From NCBI GenBank assembly GCA_903825105.1, contig CAIJZI010000008.1:8401-72400 (forward strand): a stretch of 64,000 bases of DNA, given 5' to 3'. This stretch comes from an uncultured bacterium (GTDB taxonomy: Bacteria; Patescibacteriota; Minisyncoccia; Phycocordibacterales; Phycocordibacteraceae). The translations under genes and the position numbers were made by a program. Shown here piece by piece: positions 38,530-48,361 of the stretch. The notes under the pieces are model-generated. The model was not told where the DNA came from and searched no databases. It worked only from the letters and a program-made list of their open reading frames with translations. Position 1 is the first letter of the stretch; each line of letters begins with the position of its first letter.

Positions 38530-39371
38530 ACACACAAAAAGATAATCTTATCGAACGCGTGCTTAAAAATATCGAGGAGAAACATCTCACCCCTCGTCCG
38601 CGCTACGAATTTATATTAAAAAATTATTTTTTCTGGACGCTTGGCGCGCTCGCAGTAGCCTTTGGCGCGCTCGCATTCTCGGCAACACTTTTTGAAATAC
38701 AAAATGTCGATTGGCGACTCTCTGTGGCGACGCACTCGAGCTTCTTTTCATTTTTCTTATCAGCCGCGCCATTCGTTTGGATTATCACTCTCGTCCTTTT
38801 TATCCTCATCGGTTATATCAATGTACGCAGGACGAATCACGGCTACCGCTACCCACTCTCGATTATCGCTATTGGCGCAGTGCTCACCTCGATCGCGCTC
38901 GGCACCGCGCTCTATGCGATTGGCTTTGGCGGCAGAATCGACGAAGCGATCGGCGATCACCCGCCCTTTTATCGCCCGATTCTCGCCACACAGCGCGAGT
39001 GGTGGCTCGCGCCAGAAAAGGGGCTTTTGGGTGGAGAAATAATTAAGGCCGCAGCCGATCTCTCTTCATTTTCTGTTAAAGATTTTTCAGGGCATGTTTG
39101 GAATGTCGACGGGAGTGATCTCCGTGGGCCTGATCTCGCGACGGTCGCGCGCGGTGGCATCGCGCGCATCGTCGGAGTTCCTGTGTCGGCGACGAGCACA
39201 CTCTTCCACGCCTGCTTCGTATTCCCTTGGGAGATGCGCGGCGATTTTAGAAATGCTCCTCCGCCACGCCCACTCGCCGCAGTCGCCTCAAGCACACAGG
39301 CTGCGACAACGCGTAGCGATGCGTGTAAAAACATCCGTCCCTACCAACAGCTTCACGACATTGATGATTGA
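38526..39371 (+). CDS. putative membrane anti-sigma factor
   Basis: ATGA overlap with the ECF sigma gene; several TM helices; assigned by context only. Confidence 0.4.
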   Translation: MNTQKDNLIERVLKNIEEKHLTPRPRYEFILKNYFFWTLGALAVAFGALAFSATLFEIQNVDWRLSVATHSSFFSFFLSAAPFVWIITLVLFILIGYINVRRTNHGYRYPLSIIAIGAVLTSIALGTALYAIGFGGRIDEAIGDHPPFYRPILATQREWWLAPEKGLLGGEIIKAAADLSSFSVKDFSGHVWNVDGSDLRGPDLATVARGGIARIVGVPVSATSTLFHACFVFPWEMRGDFRNAPPPRPLAAVASSTQAATTRSDACKNIRPYQQLHDIDD

Positions 39372-39402
39372 TTATCTGCCAGATTTGTGGTAAGGTAGAG
39401 CA

Positions 39403-40599
39403 ATGAAAAAATACATTGTGAGTGCAGTTTTGGCATTCGTTCTCGTCTTGCCAGCCTTTGTCCCACAGGTAAAAGCGGCAGAACTCTCTTCAGCACAAAT
39501 AAACGCTGTTATATCGCTTCTTCAGTCGTTCGGCGTTGATCAGGCGACCATAAATAGCGTGCAGTCTGCGCTTGGTGGCACTTCAACTGGCACAACGAAT
39601 TCCTGCTACAACTTTTCAACGAATCTCGGGATGGGGATGAATGGCTCTGCTGTCACAGCGCTTCAAAACGCGCTTAAAAATGATGGCGAGTCGGTCACGG
39701 TTACTGGCATTTATGATGAACAAACTGCCTCCGCAGTCACAGGCTTTCAACAGAAATACGCGAGCGACATTCTCACACCGAACGGTCTTCAATACGGCAC
39801 CGGCTATGTAGGTGTTTCTACACGAGCGAAATTGAATTCTCTTTGTACTGGTACGGTGGTTATAACTCCAACAGTTCCAACTCTCCCAACAAAAATTTGC
39901 CCAGTGTGGGGATGCACACCGCCAACTCCGACACCAATCCAGATGCCGGTAACTGCGGCTACAATTCCAACGATTACTTCGATTTCCCCAACATCAGGTC
40001 CAATGGGAACCGTAATAATTATTAACGGCTCTGGTTTTCTTAATAATGATGTTGTGAATTTCAACGGAATGGCAAATCAAGAAAGCAACATCGCTAATAT
40101 TCAGGGGACTATGTTGCACACGACTATTGGGAATTCAATAACGGCCGGGACATATAATGTGACCGTTACTTCGCCAAGTGGTCAGACGAGTAATGCTGGT
40201 ACATTTACTGTAACTGGTGTGCCAATCATTTCCTCAATTTCTCCTACAACCGGAACAGTTGGCACAACTGTTACTGTTTCAGGCTCAGGATTCGCTCCGA
40301 AAGGCAATGTTGTGGTGTTAAACGGATTGGAAGTCGTCGTTGCAAATTCATCTGATGGAAACACTCTAACATTTACGATCCCACAAAAATGGTTGAGTCA
40401 ATGCAACTTTACCGGGACTGGCGCTGGAACTCAAATGAATTGCTTTCCATTTACCAATCAGTCAACTTCTTGGGTATTGCCAGGTAATTATGGCCAGACA
40501 CAATATACGTATCCGCTTAATGTGTTCGTGCCAAACGCCGGTTTCAGTAATAGCATTCCGTTCACGGTCACAAATGGATCAGCCACAACTTTCGGTTAA
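39403..40599 (+). CDS. secreted protein with peptidoglycan-binding domain and IPT/TIG repeats
   Basis: Signal peptide; PG_binding_1-like GSAVTALQNALKNDG...TGIYDEQTASAVTGFQ; ISPTSGPMGTVIIINGSGF and ISPTTGTVGTTVTVSGSGF. Confidence 0.65.
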   Translation: MKKYIVSAVLAFVLVLPAFVPQVKAAELSSAQINAVISLLQSFGVDQATINSVQSALGGTSTGTTNSCYNFSTNLGMGMNGSAVTALQNALKNDGESVTVTGIYDEQTASAVTGFQQKYASDILTPNGLQYGTGYVGVSTRAKLNSLCTGTVVITPTVPTLPTKICPVWGCTPPTPTPIQMPVTAATIPTITSISPTSGPMGTVIIINGSGFLNNDVVNFNGMANQESNIANIQGTMLHTTIGNSITAGTYNVTVTSPSGQTSNAGTFTVTGVPIISSISPTTGTVGTTVTVSGSGFAPKGNVVVLNGLEVVVANSSDGNTLTFTIPQKWLSQCNFTGTGAGTQMNCFPFTNQSTSWVLPGNYGQTQYTYPLNVFVPNAGFSNSIPFTVTNGSATTFG

Positions 40600-40911
40600 A
40601 TGATTGATAAAATTTTTAAGCGAGATGTTGCAACTATAGTAATTCTTTTTCTTGTTGCTGTTGTTTTGTTTTTTGTTCCTACACTTTTGGCCCATTTTGT
40701 TCACTTCTTTGTAAGTGAATCAGAAGGTCGGAATTATGAATTTATTCTGTTAGGAGTTTCTGGTTTCATCGATGTTGTAGCATTTTTCTTATCCATTGTT
40801 CTTATATTTAGGAAAGGGTGGAAGCCTAAAATTACGGGGATTGTTTTTGCAATTCTCACGCTCATCTTTTTCATCTGCCTGGAAATTGTCGCTGTACTCT
40901 CATCACTCTAG
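40600..40911 (+). CDS. small hypothetical membrane protein (3 TM)
   Basis: Hydrophobic ORF contiguous with the upstream gene. Confidence 0.35.
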   Translation: MIDKIFKRDVATIVILFLVAVVLFFVPTLLAHFVHFFVSESEGRNYEFILLGVSGFIDVVAFFLSIVLIFRKGWKPKITGIVFAILTLIFFICLEIVAVLSSL

Positions 40912-40979
40912 TTATCTTGCTTTCTGATAGGCAAGGTCGGAGATTGCACCGATCCCTTAAAACGCGTATTCTGGAGGCT

Positions 40980-41408
40980 ATGAAACGCCTCGGAGTCGTG
41001 CTTATCGTCATCTTCGCTTTTTGCGGGCTGTCTGACTCGCTCTATCTCGCCCAGCATGAATCGAGCGGCACACCGCTTATCTGTAATGTCGCAAATCTTA
41101 CGGGCTGTAACACGGTCGCAGCGAGTCAATACACGCACCTTTTCGGCATCTCGATCGCCGATTATGGCGTTATGTTTTATGCATTTATTTTTGTTATCGC
41201 AGCCTTAGAGCTCGTCGTCTTCGATCGACTCTTGCGCCGTGTGCTTCAAACAGTTTCTGTTGTTGGGATACTCGCGTCTATTTATTTTACCTGCATCGAG
41301 ATATTTCTTTTAAAAACATTTTGTATTTATTGCCTCGCTTCTGCGCTTATTTCTCTCCTCGTCTTTATTCTTGCTTGCTTTATCGAATCGATTAAAAAAA
41401 GAGTATGA
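40980..41408 (+). CDS. vitamin K epoxide reductase (VKOR)-family membrane oxidoreductase
   Basis: Loop Cys pair (C..GC) and CIYC active-site CxxC in a TM helix. Confidence 0.65.
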   Translation: MKRLGVVLIVIFAFCGLSDSLYLAQHESSGTPLICNVANLTGCNTVAASQYTHLFGISIADYGVMFYAFIFVIAALELVVFDRLLRRVLQTVSVVGILASIYFTCIEIFLLKTFCIYCLASALISLLVFILACFIESIKKRV

Positions 41409-42571
41409 ACCGTTTTTTATTTGCTACCCTTGCCGCGCTCTTTCTTCTAGGAGGAGCGGGGAAGGTGATGGCTGCGCCAGCATCTTTTTCTGCTGCGAGG
41501 TCGCTCGTTACGGCGAGTTCTTCGCCAGGCAATTTATATGTTGCAGGGTTTTCGAACATAATCACTGCGCCAGTCTCGGGCGACTTATCTGCTGTCGGCG
41601 GGAATGTTATTTCAACCGCCTTAATAAAAGGTGATGCGCTTTTTCTTGGCGGGTCGGTTGATTCGCGTGAAGAAATAAAGGGAGACCTGCGCGCCATAGG
41701 CGGCAACATAACGGTAGAACAATCTGTCGGCGGAGATCTTGTCGCCTCCGGCTTGTCGGTAAATGATACTGGTCGTGCCGGTAAAAGCGTTTTTATTATC
41801 GCCTTGAATACCGTGTTAAGTAACGGCGCTTCCGGGCCAGTCACTATTTATGGGAACAATGTTTCGCTCGGAGGTGACTTCACTGGAGATGTGAATGTGG
41901 TCGCGAGCGGGCGAGTGACGATCCAGCCAGACACTATTATTCACGGGGCATTTTCATATGAGTCGCCAGAGACAATCTCAATGCCCGATTCCGCTGTAGT
42001 AAAAGGTGCGACAACATATACCAATATCTCTTATCTGCCTAATTCAGGCACATCGCGTGCGATTGAGATCGCGAGTGTGGGGTTCTTCTTATTGCTCCGC
42101 ATTCTTGGCGCGCTTATTATTGCGGGTCTGCTGGCAGGGCTCTTCCCGCGTCTAGGAGAATTGGTGGCGAAGCGTGCTTACACAACACGGTTGCGCAGTT
42201 TATTTCTAACTCTCTTGCTAGGTTTTGCGGTACTTGTCGCTACGCCAATCATGCTTCTCATTCTTTCTCTTACCTTCGTTGGCTTCGGTATCGCTTTGCT
42301 CCTTTTTATCATATATGCGCTTCTTGTTTTCTTAGCGGTTATCTATGCTGGCATTATTATCGGCGGAATTATTGCTCGAAGATTTAGACATCGACGAATG
42401 ATTCTTTGGCATGATGGAGTGCTCGGGATGTTGATTCTCTCAATCATTGCACTCATTCCTTATGTGGGAGTATTCATTGCGCTTATCCTCACGATTTTTT
42501 CTATCGGAGCACTGCTTCTTATATTCTTTCACTTTGCGTTTCCCCACGGAGAACAAATTGAGTTGTTATGA
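41405..42571 (+). CDS. hypothetical membrane protein with bactofilin-like (GDL..GGN) beta-helical repeats and C-terminal TM block
   Basis: Signal peptide; repeated GDLxAxGGNI motifs; hydrophobic C-terminus. Confidence 0.5.
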   Translation: MNRFLFATLAALFLLGGAGKVMAAPASFSAARSLVTASSSPGNLYVAGFSNIITAPVSGDLSAVGGNVISTALIKGDALFLGGSVDSREEIKGDLRAIGGNITVEQSVGGDLVASGLSVNDTGRAGKSVFIIALNTVLSNGASGPVTIYGNNVSLGGDFTGDVNVVASGRVTIQPDTIIHGAFSYESPETISMPDSAVVKGATTYTNISYLPNSGTSRAIEIASVGFFLLLRILGALIIAGLLAGLFPRLGELVAKRAYTTRLRSLFLTLLLGFAVLVATPIMLLILSLTFVGFGIALLLFIIYALLVFLAVIYAGIIIGGIIARRFRHRRMILWHDGVLGMLILSIIALIPYVGVFIALILTIFSIGALLLIFFHFAFPHGEQIELL

Positions 42572-43260
42572 AGAGTGAAAAAGAACGCAAAAAACGCCCT
42601 ACTTCGCTGAAGCTACGCAGGGCACGCGCGAAGAAAATCGTTGCGTATTTAAAGAAGACTTATCCCGAGCCAAAGAGTGAATTAGTGTACAAGACGCCAT
42701 TTCAATTTGTCGTGGCAGTAATGCTCTCGGCACAGTGTACGGATAAAAAGGTGAATGAGTGCACAGAAAAACTTTTTAAAAAATATAAAACGGTTAAAGA
42801 TTTTGCATCAGCTGACCAAAAAGTTTTTGTAAAAGAAATTTCCTCCATCCTGTTTTTCAGAAATAAAGCGAAGGCGATTATCGCTACAGCGAAACTGATT
42901 CAAACGCGGCACGGCTCCGCCGTGCCGCGAAGTGAGAGGGAGTTGGTCGCCTTGCCCGGTATTGGCTACAAAACTGCGCATGTCGTTCTTGGCGAGCTTT
43001 ACAGCCTTTATGAAGGTATCGCAACCGACACACATGTGAAGAGATTCGCGAAGCGCTTTGACTTAACTGATCAAAATGACCTCACCAAAATCTCAAAAGA
43101 TTTAGAAAAACTTATTCCAAAAAAAGATTGGAAGTTCGTCAACAATGGCCTCGTCTTGTACGGTAGATATGTTTGTAAAGCGCGTCCCCATGACTGCGTG
43201 AATCATCCTTTAACAAAGCTCTGGCCACCTGCGGCAAAAAGATGGCCGAAGACGAAATAA
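42568..43260 (+). CDS. nth: endonuclease III (HhH-GPD, Fe-S)
   Basis: HhH LPGIGYKTAHVVL; C-terminal Cys cluster. Confidence 0.85.
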   Translation: MKSEKERKKRPTSLKLRRARAKKIVAYLKKTYPEPKSELVYKTPFQFVVAVMLSAQCTDKKVNECTEKLFKKYKTVKDFASADQKVFVKEISSILFFRNKAKAIIATAKLIQTRHGSAVPRSERELVALPGIGYKTAHVVLGELYSLYEGIATDTHVKRFAKRFDLTDQNDLTKISKDLEKLIPKKDWKFVNNGLVLYGRYVCKARPHDCVNHPLTKLWPPAAKRWPKTK

Positions 43261-43267
43261 AACAGGA

Positions 43268-43834
43268 TTAATTACCGGACATAGTTCGCCAAATTTTTAA
43301 ATCCGCATCAGCCATTGAATATTTTGGAAACTTAGCACGAATAATATCTCGGGCAACAGTCTCAATTTCAGCGTACTGCTTCTTATTTGTTGGTGTAGAC
43401 CTCGGAATATTTTTCAAGTCGCACTCGTCTCGTAAATATCTCAAGATATGAGTATCTAATACAACATGCTCGCACCCCTTGCGGGTATGAAGAAGGAAGA
43501 AGCGGGCGGTTTTATTACCTACTCCAGGGATTTTCATAAAATTCTCCAGCGTGGATTTCTTTAAATCCAAATTAAGACTTTCTCTAAAAGCTTTTTCGAT
43601 TCTCTTATATTGTCCAATTTTGACGGACTTTAAGTGTTTCAAAAGTACACCTTTGTCTATCATTTTCTGGATTTTTTCGAATGGAGTATTGCCTGCTTGA
43701 ATTGCTAAGAATTGTTCAACTTTCGCGGCTTGAACGGGGCCTTTTTTACCAGCTACACATATTGCTACGAGCCAAAATTCTTCAAGCTCGGCTTGTGTAC
43801 GGTTGAAGTTTGTGACTTTAGTCAGGTCGACCAT
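43268..43834 (-). CDS. HhH-GPD superfamily DNA glycosylase (second, divergent)
   Basis: HhH motif MKIPGVGNKTARFFLL...D near the C-terminus. Confidence 0.6.
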   Translation of the reverse strand: MVDLTKVTNFNRTQAELEEFWLVAICVAGKKGPVQAAKVEQFLAIQAGNTPFEKIQKMIDKGVLLKHLKSVKIGQYKRIEKAFRESLNLDLKKSTLENFMKIPGVGNKTARFFLLHTRKGCEHVVLDTHILRYLRDECDLKNIPRSTPTNKKQYAEIETVARDIIRAKFPKYSMADADLKIWRTMSGN

Positions 43835-45727
43835 TTATATTCCTATAAGTACAGGAATTACCATCGGAGCTTTGTTGGTGCGGGAGAAGAGGTAACCCGC
43901 CATCACATCGGTCAGATTATTTTTCACATATTCGAGATCGATCGGGTTCATATTGTGTGTCGAGTCTTCGATGGTCTTCTTAATCAATATGCGTGCTTCG
44001 TTGAGCAGGTTTTGTGACTCGCGCAGATAGATAAAGCCACGGCTGATGATGTCCGGCGACTTGCGGAGTTTGCCGGTCTTAATATTCACGCTCGCGATAA
44101 TCACAAACATACCATCTTTGGCGAGTGACTGTCGGTCGCGCATCACTACTTCTTGTCGATCGCCGATATTGAACCCGTCGACGACGAGCGGGGCAGAAGG
44201 GACTTTTTGTTTATGCACATTCAGCTTCTCGCCATTTTCAATATCGATAACCATACCGTTGTCAGGAATAATAATTGACTCGCGTGGGCGACCTGCTTGT
44301 TCGTTGGCGCGCGCGTGGCACCAGAGCATCGAGTAGCAGCCGTAGCCCGGCATAAAGAACTTTGCGTTCACTTGCTTATTAAACCAGACGAGGTCGCCGG
44401 TGTTGCCGTGGCCAGTCGAGTGCACATCAGACGATTGGTAATTAATAATCTTCACGCGATTTCGGTAGAGATTATCCTTCAACTTCTGCACAGAGGTTTC
44501 ATTGCCTGGAATGACTGAAGAAGAGAGGACAACTGTGTCGCGTTCATTAAATTGGAGATATTTGTGTTGGCGTATCGCGACGCGCATAAGCGCACCGAAC
44601 TCTTCGCCCTGTGCTCCCGTACAAATCACGACAATTTTATCCGGCTGGTAATCTCCCATTTCTTGGGCAGGAACAATCGTGCCTTTTTGGACTTTGAGAA
44701 GCCCAGCTTTTTCAGCGATTTCGATGTTGGCGCGGATCGCGCGACCTTCGACGACAATCTTCTTACCATATTTCTCGGCACTTTCGATAATGCGGAGCAT
44801 GCGTTCAAACTGCGAAGAGAAGGTACCGATGATGAGACGACCAGTGACGGTCTTAATAATCTCATCGAGCGTTACTTGAACGCGCTTTTCAGGAATAGAG
44901 AAGCCGTCTTTTTCTGCATTCGTTGAATCAGCGATGAAAAGAAGATTGTTGTCCTTACTCAAGTCGCCCCAGGTCTTCGCCTCGCGCTCTGAAGGGATGC
45001 CATTCTCGTGGTCAAGCTTCAAGTCGCCGGTAATAACGACATTGCCGTTTGGCGTCTCGAGCGAGATACCCATCGAATCAGGGATCGAGTGCGTGACTGG
45101 GAAGAACTTCATTCGCGTATTGCTGATGGTTATTGTTTGTCCGACTTCAACAGTGATGATTTCTGGTTTTGGCACATCAGGGAATTCTTCTTGGCGTTTT
45201 AAAATCATCAAACGCGTGAGCGATTGTGTGTAGATCGGCGGATTGCCGAAGCGTGCCATAAGAAAAGGGATACCGCCGATGTGGTCGAGGTGGCCGTGCG
45301 TGATAATCACTGCGCGGACGCGGTCACGATTTTTTTCGAGAAATGCAGTATTCGGGAGTGTGTAGTCGGCGCCCGGGACATCGTCCTCTTCTTTAAAGGC
45401 GAAGCCAACATCGAAGACGAAGATGTCGCCGTTGACATCGATCGCGACCATATTGCGTCCCACTTCTTCTACTCCACCCAAGGGAACAACGCGTGCGGTA
45501 GAAAGGTCTGGAGTAGCAGGGAAGTAGTCTGCATTTCGCACGGTGCGCGTGGTGTTTGCCGACGGGCGACGAAGAATGCGCTGGATTCTGCGCGAGGCTG
45601 TGCCGGGGCGTGGTGCGCGTCTCTCGAAGTGTCTCGTCGCCGGTCGTGGTGAGTGATTCGGAGAGGAATGAGGTGTTGCTGATGGCGCTGAAGAAGGAAC
45701 GGGCGCTGGTGCTGGTGGTTGATTCAT
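43835..45727 (-). CDS. rnj: ribonuclease J (beta-CASP MBL) with about 80-aa P/S/A-rich N-terminal extension
   Basis: HGHLDHIGG, beta-CASP and C-terminal domain; 630 aa. Confidence 0.85.
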   Translation of the reverse strand: MNQPPAPAPVPSSAPSATPHSSPNHSPRPATRHFERRAPRPGTASRRIQRILRRPSANTTRTVRNADYFPATPDLSTARVVPLGGVEEVGRNMVAIDVNGDIFVFDVGFAFKEEDDVPGADYTLPNTAFLEKNRDRVRAVIITHGHLDHIGGIPFLMARFGNPPIYTQSLTRLMILKRQEEFPDVPKPEIITVEVGQTITISNTRMKFFPVTHSIPDSMGISLETPNGNVVITGDLKLDHENGIPSEREAKTWGDLSKDNNLLFIADSTNAEKDGFSIPEKRVQVTLDEIIKTVTGRLIIGTFSSQFERMLRIIESAEKYGKKIVVEGRAIRANIEIAEKAGLLKVQKGTIVPAQEMGDYQPDKIVVICTGAQGEEFGALMRVAIRQHKYLQFNERDTVVLSSSVIPGNETSVQKLKDNLYRNRVKIINYQSSDVHSTGHGNTGDLVWFNKQVNAKFFMPGYGCYSMLWCHARANEQAGRPRESIIIPDNGMVIDIENGEKLNVHKQKVPSAPLVVDGFNIGDRQEVVMRDRQSLAKDGMFVIIASVNIKTGKLRKSPDIISRGFIYLRESQNLLNEARILIKKTIEDSTHNMNPIDLEYVKNNLTDVMAGYLFSRTNKAPMVIPVLIGI

Positions 45728-45737
45728 AAAGGGTAAG

Positions 45738-47489
45738 TTATTTTTTATTATTTGCGAAAAATGGCCAAACAGTGTCAGTCACTCGATACCATGACGCGAC
45801 AGTCGCGAAACGATCTGATGGCGTAATAATCTGTGGCAATGAAATGCCGTGAAGATTTTTTGGAATCGTATAAACAAAGTCAGGCGCGTACAAAAATGCG
45901 GCAGGATAATCAGAAGCAATCGCGTTCTCAATTTTTTGGAGATCAGCAGTTCGCGTGCCTTGGTCTGTCGAGCTACGAGCGTCTTCAAGTAGGGTGTCTA
46001 CCGTCTTATTCGCATAAAGCGCAACATTCAGTCCAGGATCGTTCTGTTCTCGCGAATCCCAAAAAGCGTACAAATCTTGATCGCGTCCGATAACTTCTCC
46101 GTAGAGAAGAGCTTCGTATCTTCTCGATCTGATCACATTCTGCGAAAGGTCGCCAGATTCGTATAGCTCAATAGTAACCGGAATGCCCAATTTCTCCAAA
46201 TCGGTCTTTACCGCAGTGGCGACATTTTTTAATTCAGGAACATTCGAGGTTCGTAGCGTGATGCCCTCAAGGGTCTGTTTCGCTCCCGCGTTTTTCCAGA
46301 TGCGCGCAGAGCCGTCATATAACCAGCCCGATGTCTCGAGCACGGTGGCAGCAGCTTCTGTGTAATCTCCAAATTGAACAGGCACCTGCTTCACTAAACC
46401 ACCGGGAGGAACGGGACCCATAATCGCGGTCGCATGGTCGCTCAAAACATTTTCGACAATATTTTGGCGGTCGATCGCGAGCGACAACGCTTTTCGCACT
46501 TCGATTCGCGAGAAAACTTTGTTCTGACTCGGATTCCAAAACACGCCGAAGATACGGGCGTAGGGAGCAGTCAGTTCGGTGTCGGATGGGACATCGTATG
46601 CACTCTCGACAGCTCCACTCGAAACAGCGTTCGCGAGATCCTCACTATTTGAATAGAAATTAAAATTAATACCGTTCAAATATGGGCGGCCGAGCGCATA
46701 ATATTTATTTTGTGCGAAGGAAACGCCTTGGATAAGGCCAGAAGAGTTTCGCGAGACGCTGGTTACCTTAAATGGCCCGGCGCCAACAGGACTTGTTTCA
46801 AGTGTTGAAAATGAAAATTCTTCATCTGAAATATTTTGCCACAAGTGCGCCGGGAGAATACCAAGGGTTGTGAGCTCGAGGAAAGGCGCATAAGCCTTTT
46901 GAAGAGTGAACTCTACCGTGTGGGCATCAAGCGCTTCGACGCCAATGCCAGACCAGTCAGCATATTCAGGACTCTTTAATCCAGAATCCTGTGCCTTTTG
47001 AATCGTGAAGACAACATCGTTTGCTGTTACGCTCGTTCCGTCAGAGAACTTCGCATTTGGGCGTAGGGTGAAGGTGTAGGTCTTTCCGTCTGGTGACTCT
47101 GTGTAGCTTTCTGCGAGCACGGGCACCAGATCTCCCGATCCAGAAATGCCCATAAGCCCAGCATAAGCGAGTGCCGAGAGGTCGCGATCTGCATCGGTTA
47201 TAGCGAGAAGGGGATTAATAAACTGCGGACTGCCGACCTCTCCTTCGGTGAGCGTCCCGCCGTATGCCGGCACCTGAACAAGGAGAGATTTCTCGAGCGA
47301 ATAGAGTCCTGAAAGGGTGGCGATACAAACAAGCACGATAAGTGTATAAAAAATAATAGTATCGCCGGGAGAAAACGAGTTGACGCGGTCACCGAGCTTG
47401 TCGAAAATAGAAACGGTACGCACGCGAGTAAGACTCTCGCGCATTCGGGCGCGCCGCTCGTCAGAAATCAGATTTCTAACGGAGTTCAT
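45738..47489 (-). CDS. ABC transporter substrate-binding protein, family 5 (peptide/nickel), membrane-anchored
   Basis: N-terminal TM anchor; SBP_bac_5-like length and motifs. Confidence 0.75.
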   Translation of the reverse strand: MNSVRNLISDERRARMRESLTRVRTVSIFDKLGDRVNSFSPGDTIIFYTLIVLVCIATLSGLYSLEKSLLVQVPAYGGTLTEGEVGSPQFINPLLAITDADRDLSALAYAGLMGISGSGDLVPVLAESYTESPDGKTYTFTLRPNAKFSDGTSVTANDVVFTIQKAQDSGLKSPEYADWSGIGVEALDAHTVEFTLQKAYAPFLELTTLGILPAHLWQNISDEEFSFSTLETSPVGAGPFKVTSVSRNSSGLIQGVSFAQNKYYALGRPYLNGINFNFYSNSEDLANAVSSGAVESAYDVPSDTELTAPYARIFGVFWNPSQNKVFSRIEVRKALSLAIDRQNIVENVLSDHATAIMGPVPPGGLVKQVPVQFGDYTEAAATVLETSGWLYDGSARIWKNAGAKQTLEGITLRTSNVPELKNVATAVKTDLEKLGIPVTIELYESGDLSQNVIRSRRYEALLYGEVIGRDQDLYAFWDSREQNDPGLNVALYANKTVDTLLEDARSSTDQGTRTADLQKIENAIASDYPAAFLYAPDFVYTIPKNLHGISLPQIITPSDRFATVASWYRVTDTVWPFFANNKK

Positions 47490-47725
47490 GATCCTGCCAG
47501 AAGGAAGTTCGTTATTGCCGCGAGTACGAGAAGAACTGCTATGACGATTGTCGCGGTGAATATAAATTTCTCGGCGCCTCTGCGTTTATAAAAAGTTGAC
47601 GCGAAATTGTCGCCTCCGAATGCTCCGCCTAGTGTCGCGCCGCGCTGTTGGAGCACGATGCCGACGATGAGGAGGATCGAGAGAGCGATTTCTGCGTATG
47701 GTAGTGCCGATACGAGTGCCTTCAT
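47486..47725 (-). CDS. secG: preprotein translocase subunit SecG
   Basis: 79 aa; LLIVGIVLQQRGATLGGAFGG matches the SecG signature; ORF trimmed to MKALVS. Confidence 0.7.
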   Translation of the reverse strand: MKALVSALPYAEIALSILLIVGIVLQQRGATLGGAFGGDNFASTFYKRRGAEKFIFTATIVIAVLLVLAAITNFLLAGS

Positions 47726-47764
47726 CTGTACGGACAAGGATAGCATAAAGAGGGGAGTGAGCGC

Positions 47765-47801
47765 AACCCCGTAAAGTTGATTACAACCACGGGGCTGCGC
47801 G
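47765..47801. repeat. 35-bp direct repeat copy 1 (CCCCGTAAAGTTGATTACAACCACGGGGCTGCGCG), internal hairpin
   Basis: 31/35 identical to the copy at 48250-48285. Confidence 0.7.
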
Positions 47802-47844
47802 GCTGGTGTGTAAAGATGTAAATGTATAAAAATATAAAATGAAA

Positions 47845-47886
47845 AGCGCCGCCTGTCGCAACATCCGTAGATGTTGGCAGGCGGCG
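47845..47886 (-). terminator. strong intrinsic terminator for the minus-strand small peptide gene
   Basis: 18-bp imperfect inverted repeat GCGCCGCCTG.CAACATC / GATGTTGGCAGGCGGCGC followed, on the minus strand, by TTTTCATTTTATATTTTT. Confidence 0.7.
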
Positions 47887-47901
47887 CTGATTGATGGCGA
47901 A

Positions 47902-48078
47902 TCAGTGTGACGGCCAGATCGCCATCACGATGGCCGCAGCAGAGGCGGCGATGCAGAACCACCCTGTGAAACACTCCGAAACGGAACGATTTTTTGCAGT
48001 GATGTTTTCCAAACCGCACATCCCGAGTCTGAGAAACAAAAGCACCACGATAACCCGCACAGCAATTTCGATAATCAT
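47902..48078 (-). CDS. small hydrophobic peptide (58 aa, MIIEIAVRVIVVLLFLRLGM...)
   Basis: GGAGGAG SD 8 nt upstream; consensus promoter TTGACA-N17-TATGCT at about 48139-48166 (minus); dedicated terminator; two hydrophobic segments. Confidence 0.5.
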   Translation of the reverse strand: MIIEIAVRVIVVLLFLRLGMCGLENITAKNRSVSECFTGWFCIAASAAAIVMAIWPSH

Positions 48079-48214
48079 GATGTGTTCTCCTCCGGCGCAA
48101 GCAGCGCCAATTTCAAAATTCGTACATCCCGCATATAAGCATAGCAAATTGCAAGCCGTTTGTCAAGCTCTTGGGCGTGGTTCAGAAAAGGTAGTAAATA
48201 CCTCATAAAATTTA

Positions 48215-48233
48215 ACATAGGAAATTCCTATGT
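48215..48233. promoter_or_regulatory. perfect 19-bp palindrome ACATAGGAAATTCCTATGT (candidate operator)
   Basis: 9-bp perfect arms; lies upstream of the -35 of the small-peptide promoter. Confidence 0.45.
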
Positions 48234-48249
48234 ATTGAAATCGCGTAAA

Positions 48250-48285
48250 GCCCCGTAAAGTCGATTACGACCACGGGGCCACGCG
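48250..48285. repeat. 35-bp direct repeat copy 2
   Basis: See copy 1. Confidence 0.7.
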
Positions 48286-48361
48286 ACAAATCAAAACGCC
48301 GCGTTTCTGAAGAAACGCGGCGCTATTCTTAGCTGTCTCACGACGCTGGCTGATGAAAGTC

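Noticed and set aside
47891-48208. 105-aa plus-strand ORF antisense to the small peptide gene
   Set aside because: It overlaps the promoter, SD and terminator of the better-supported minus-strand gene and has no RBS.
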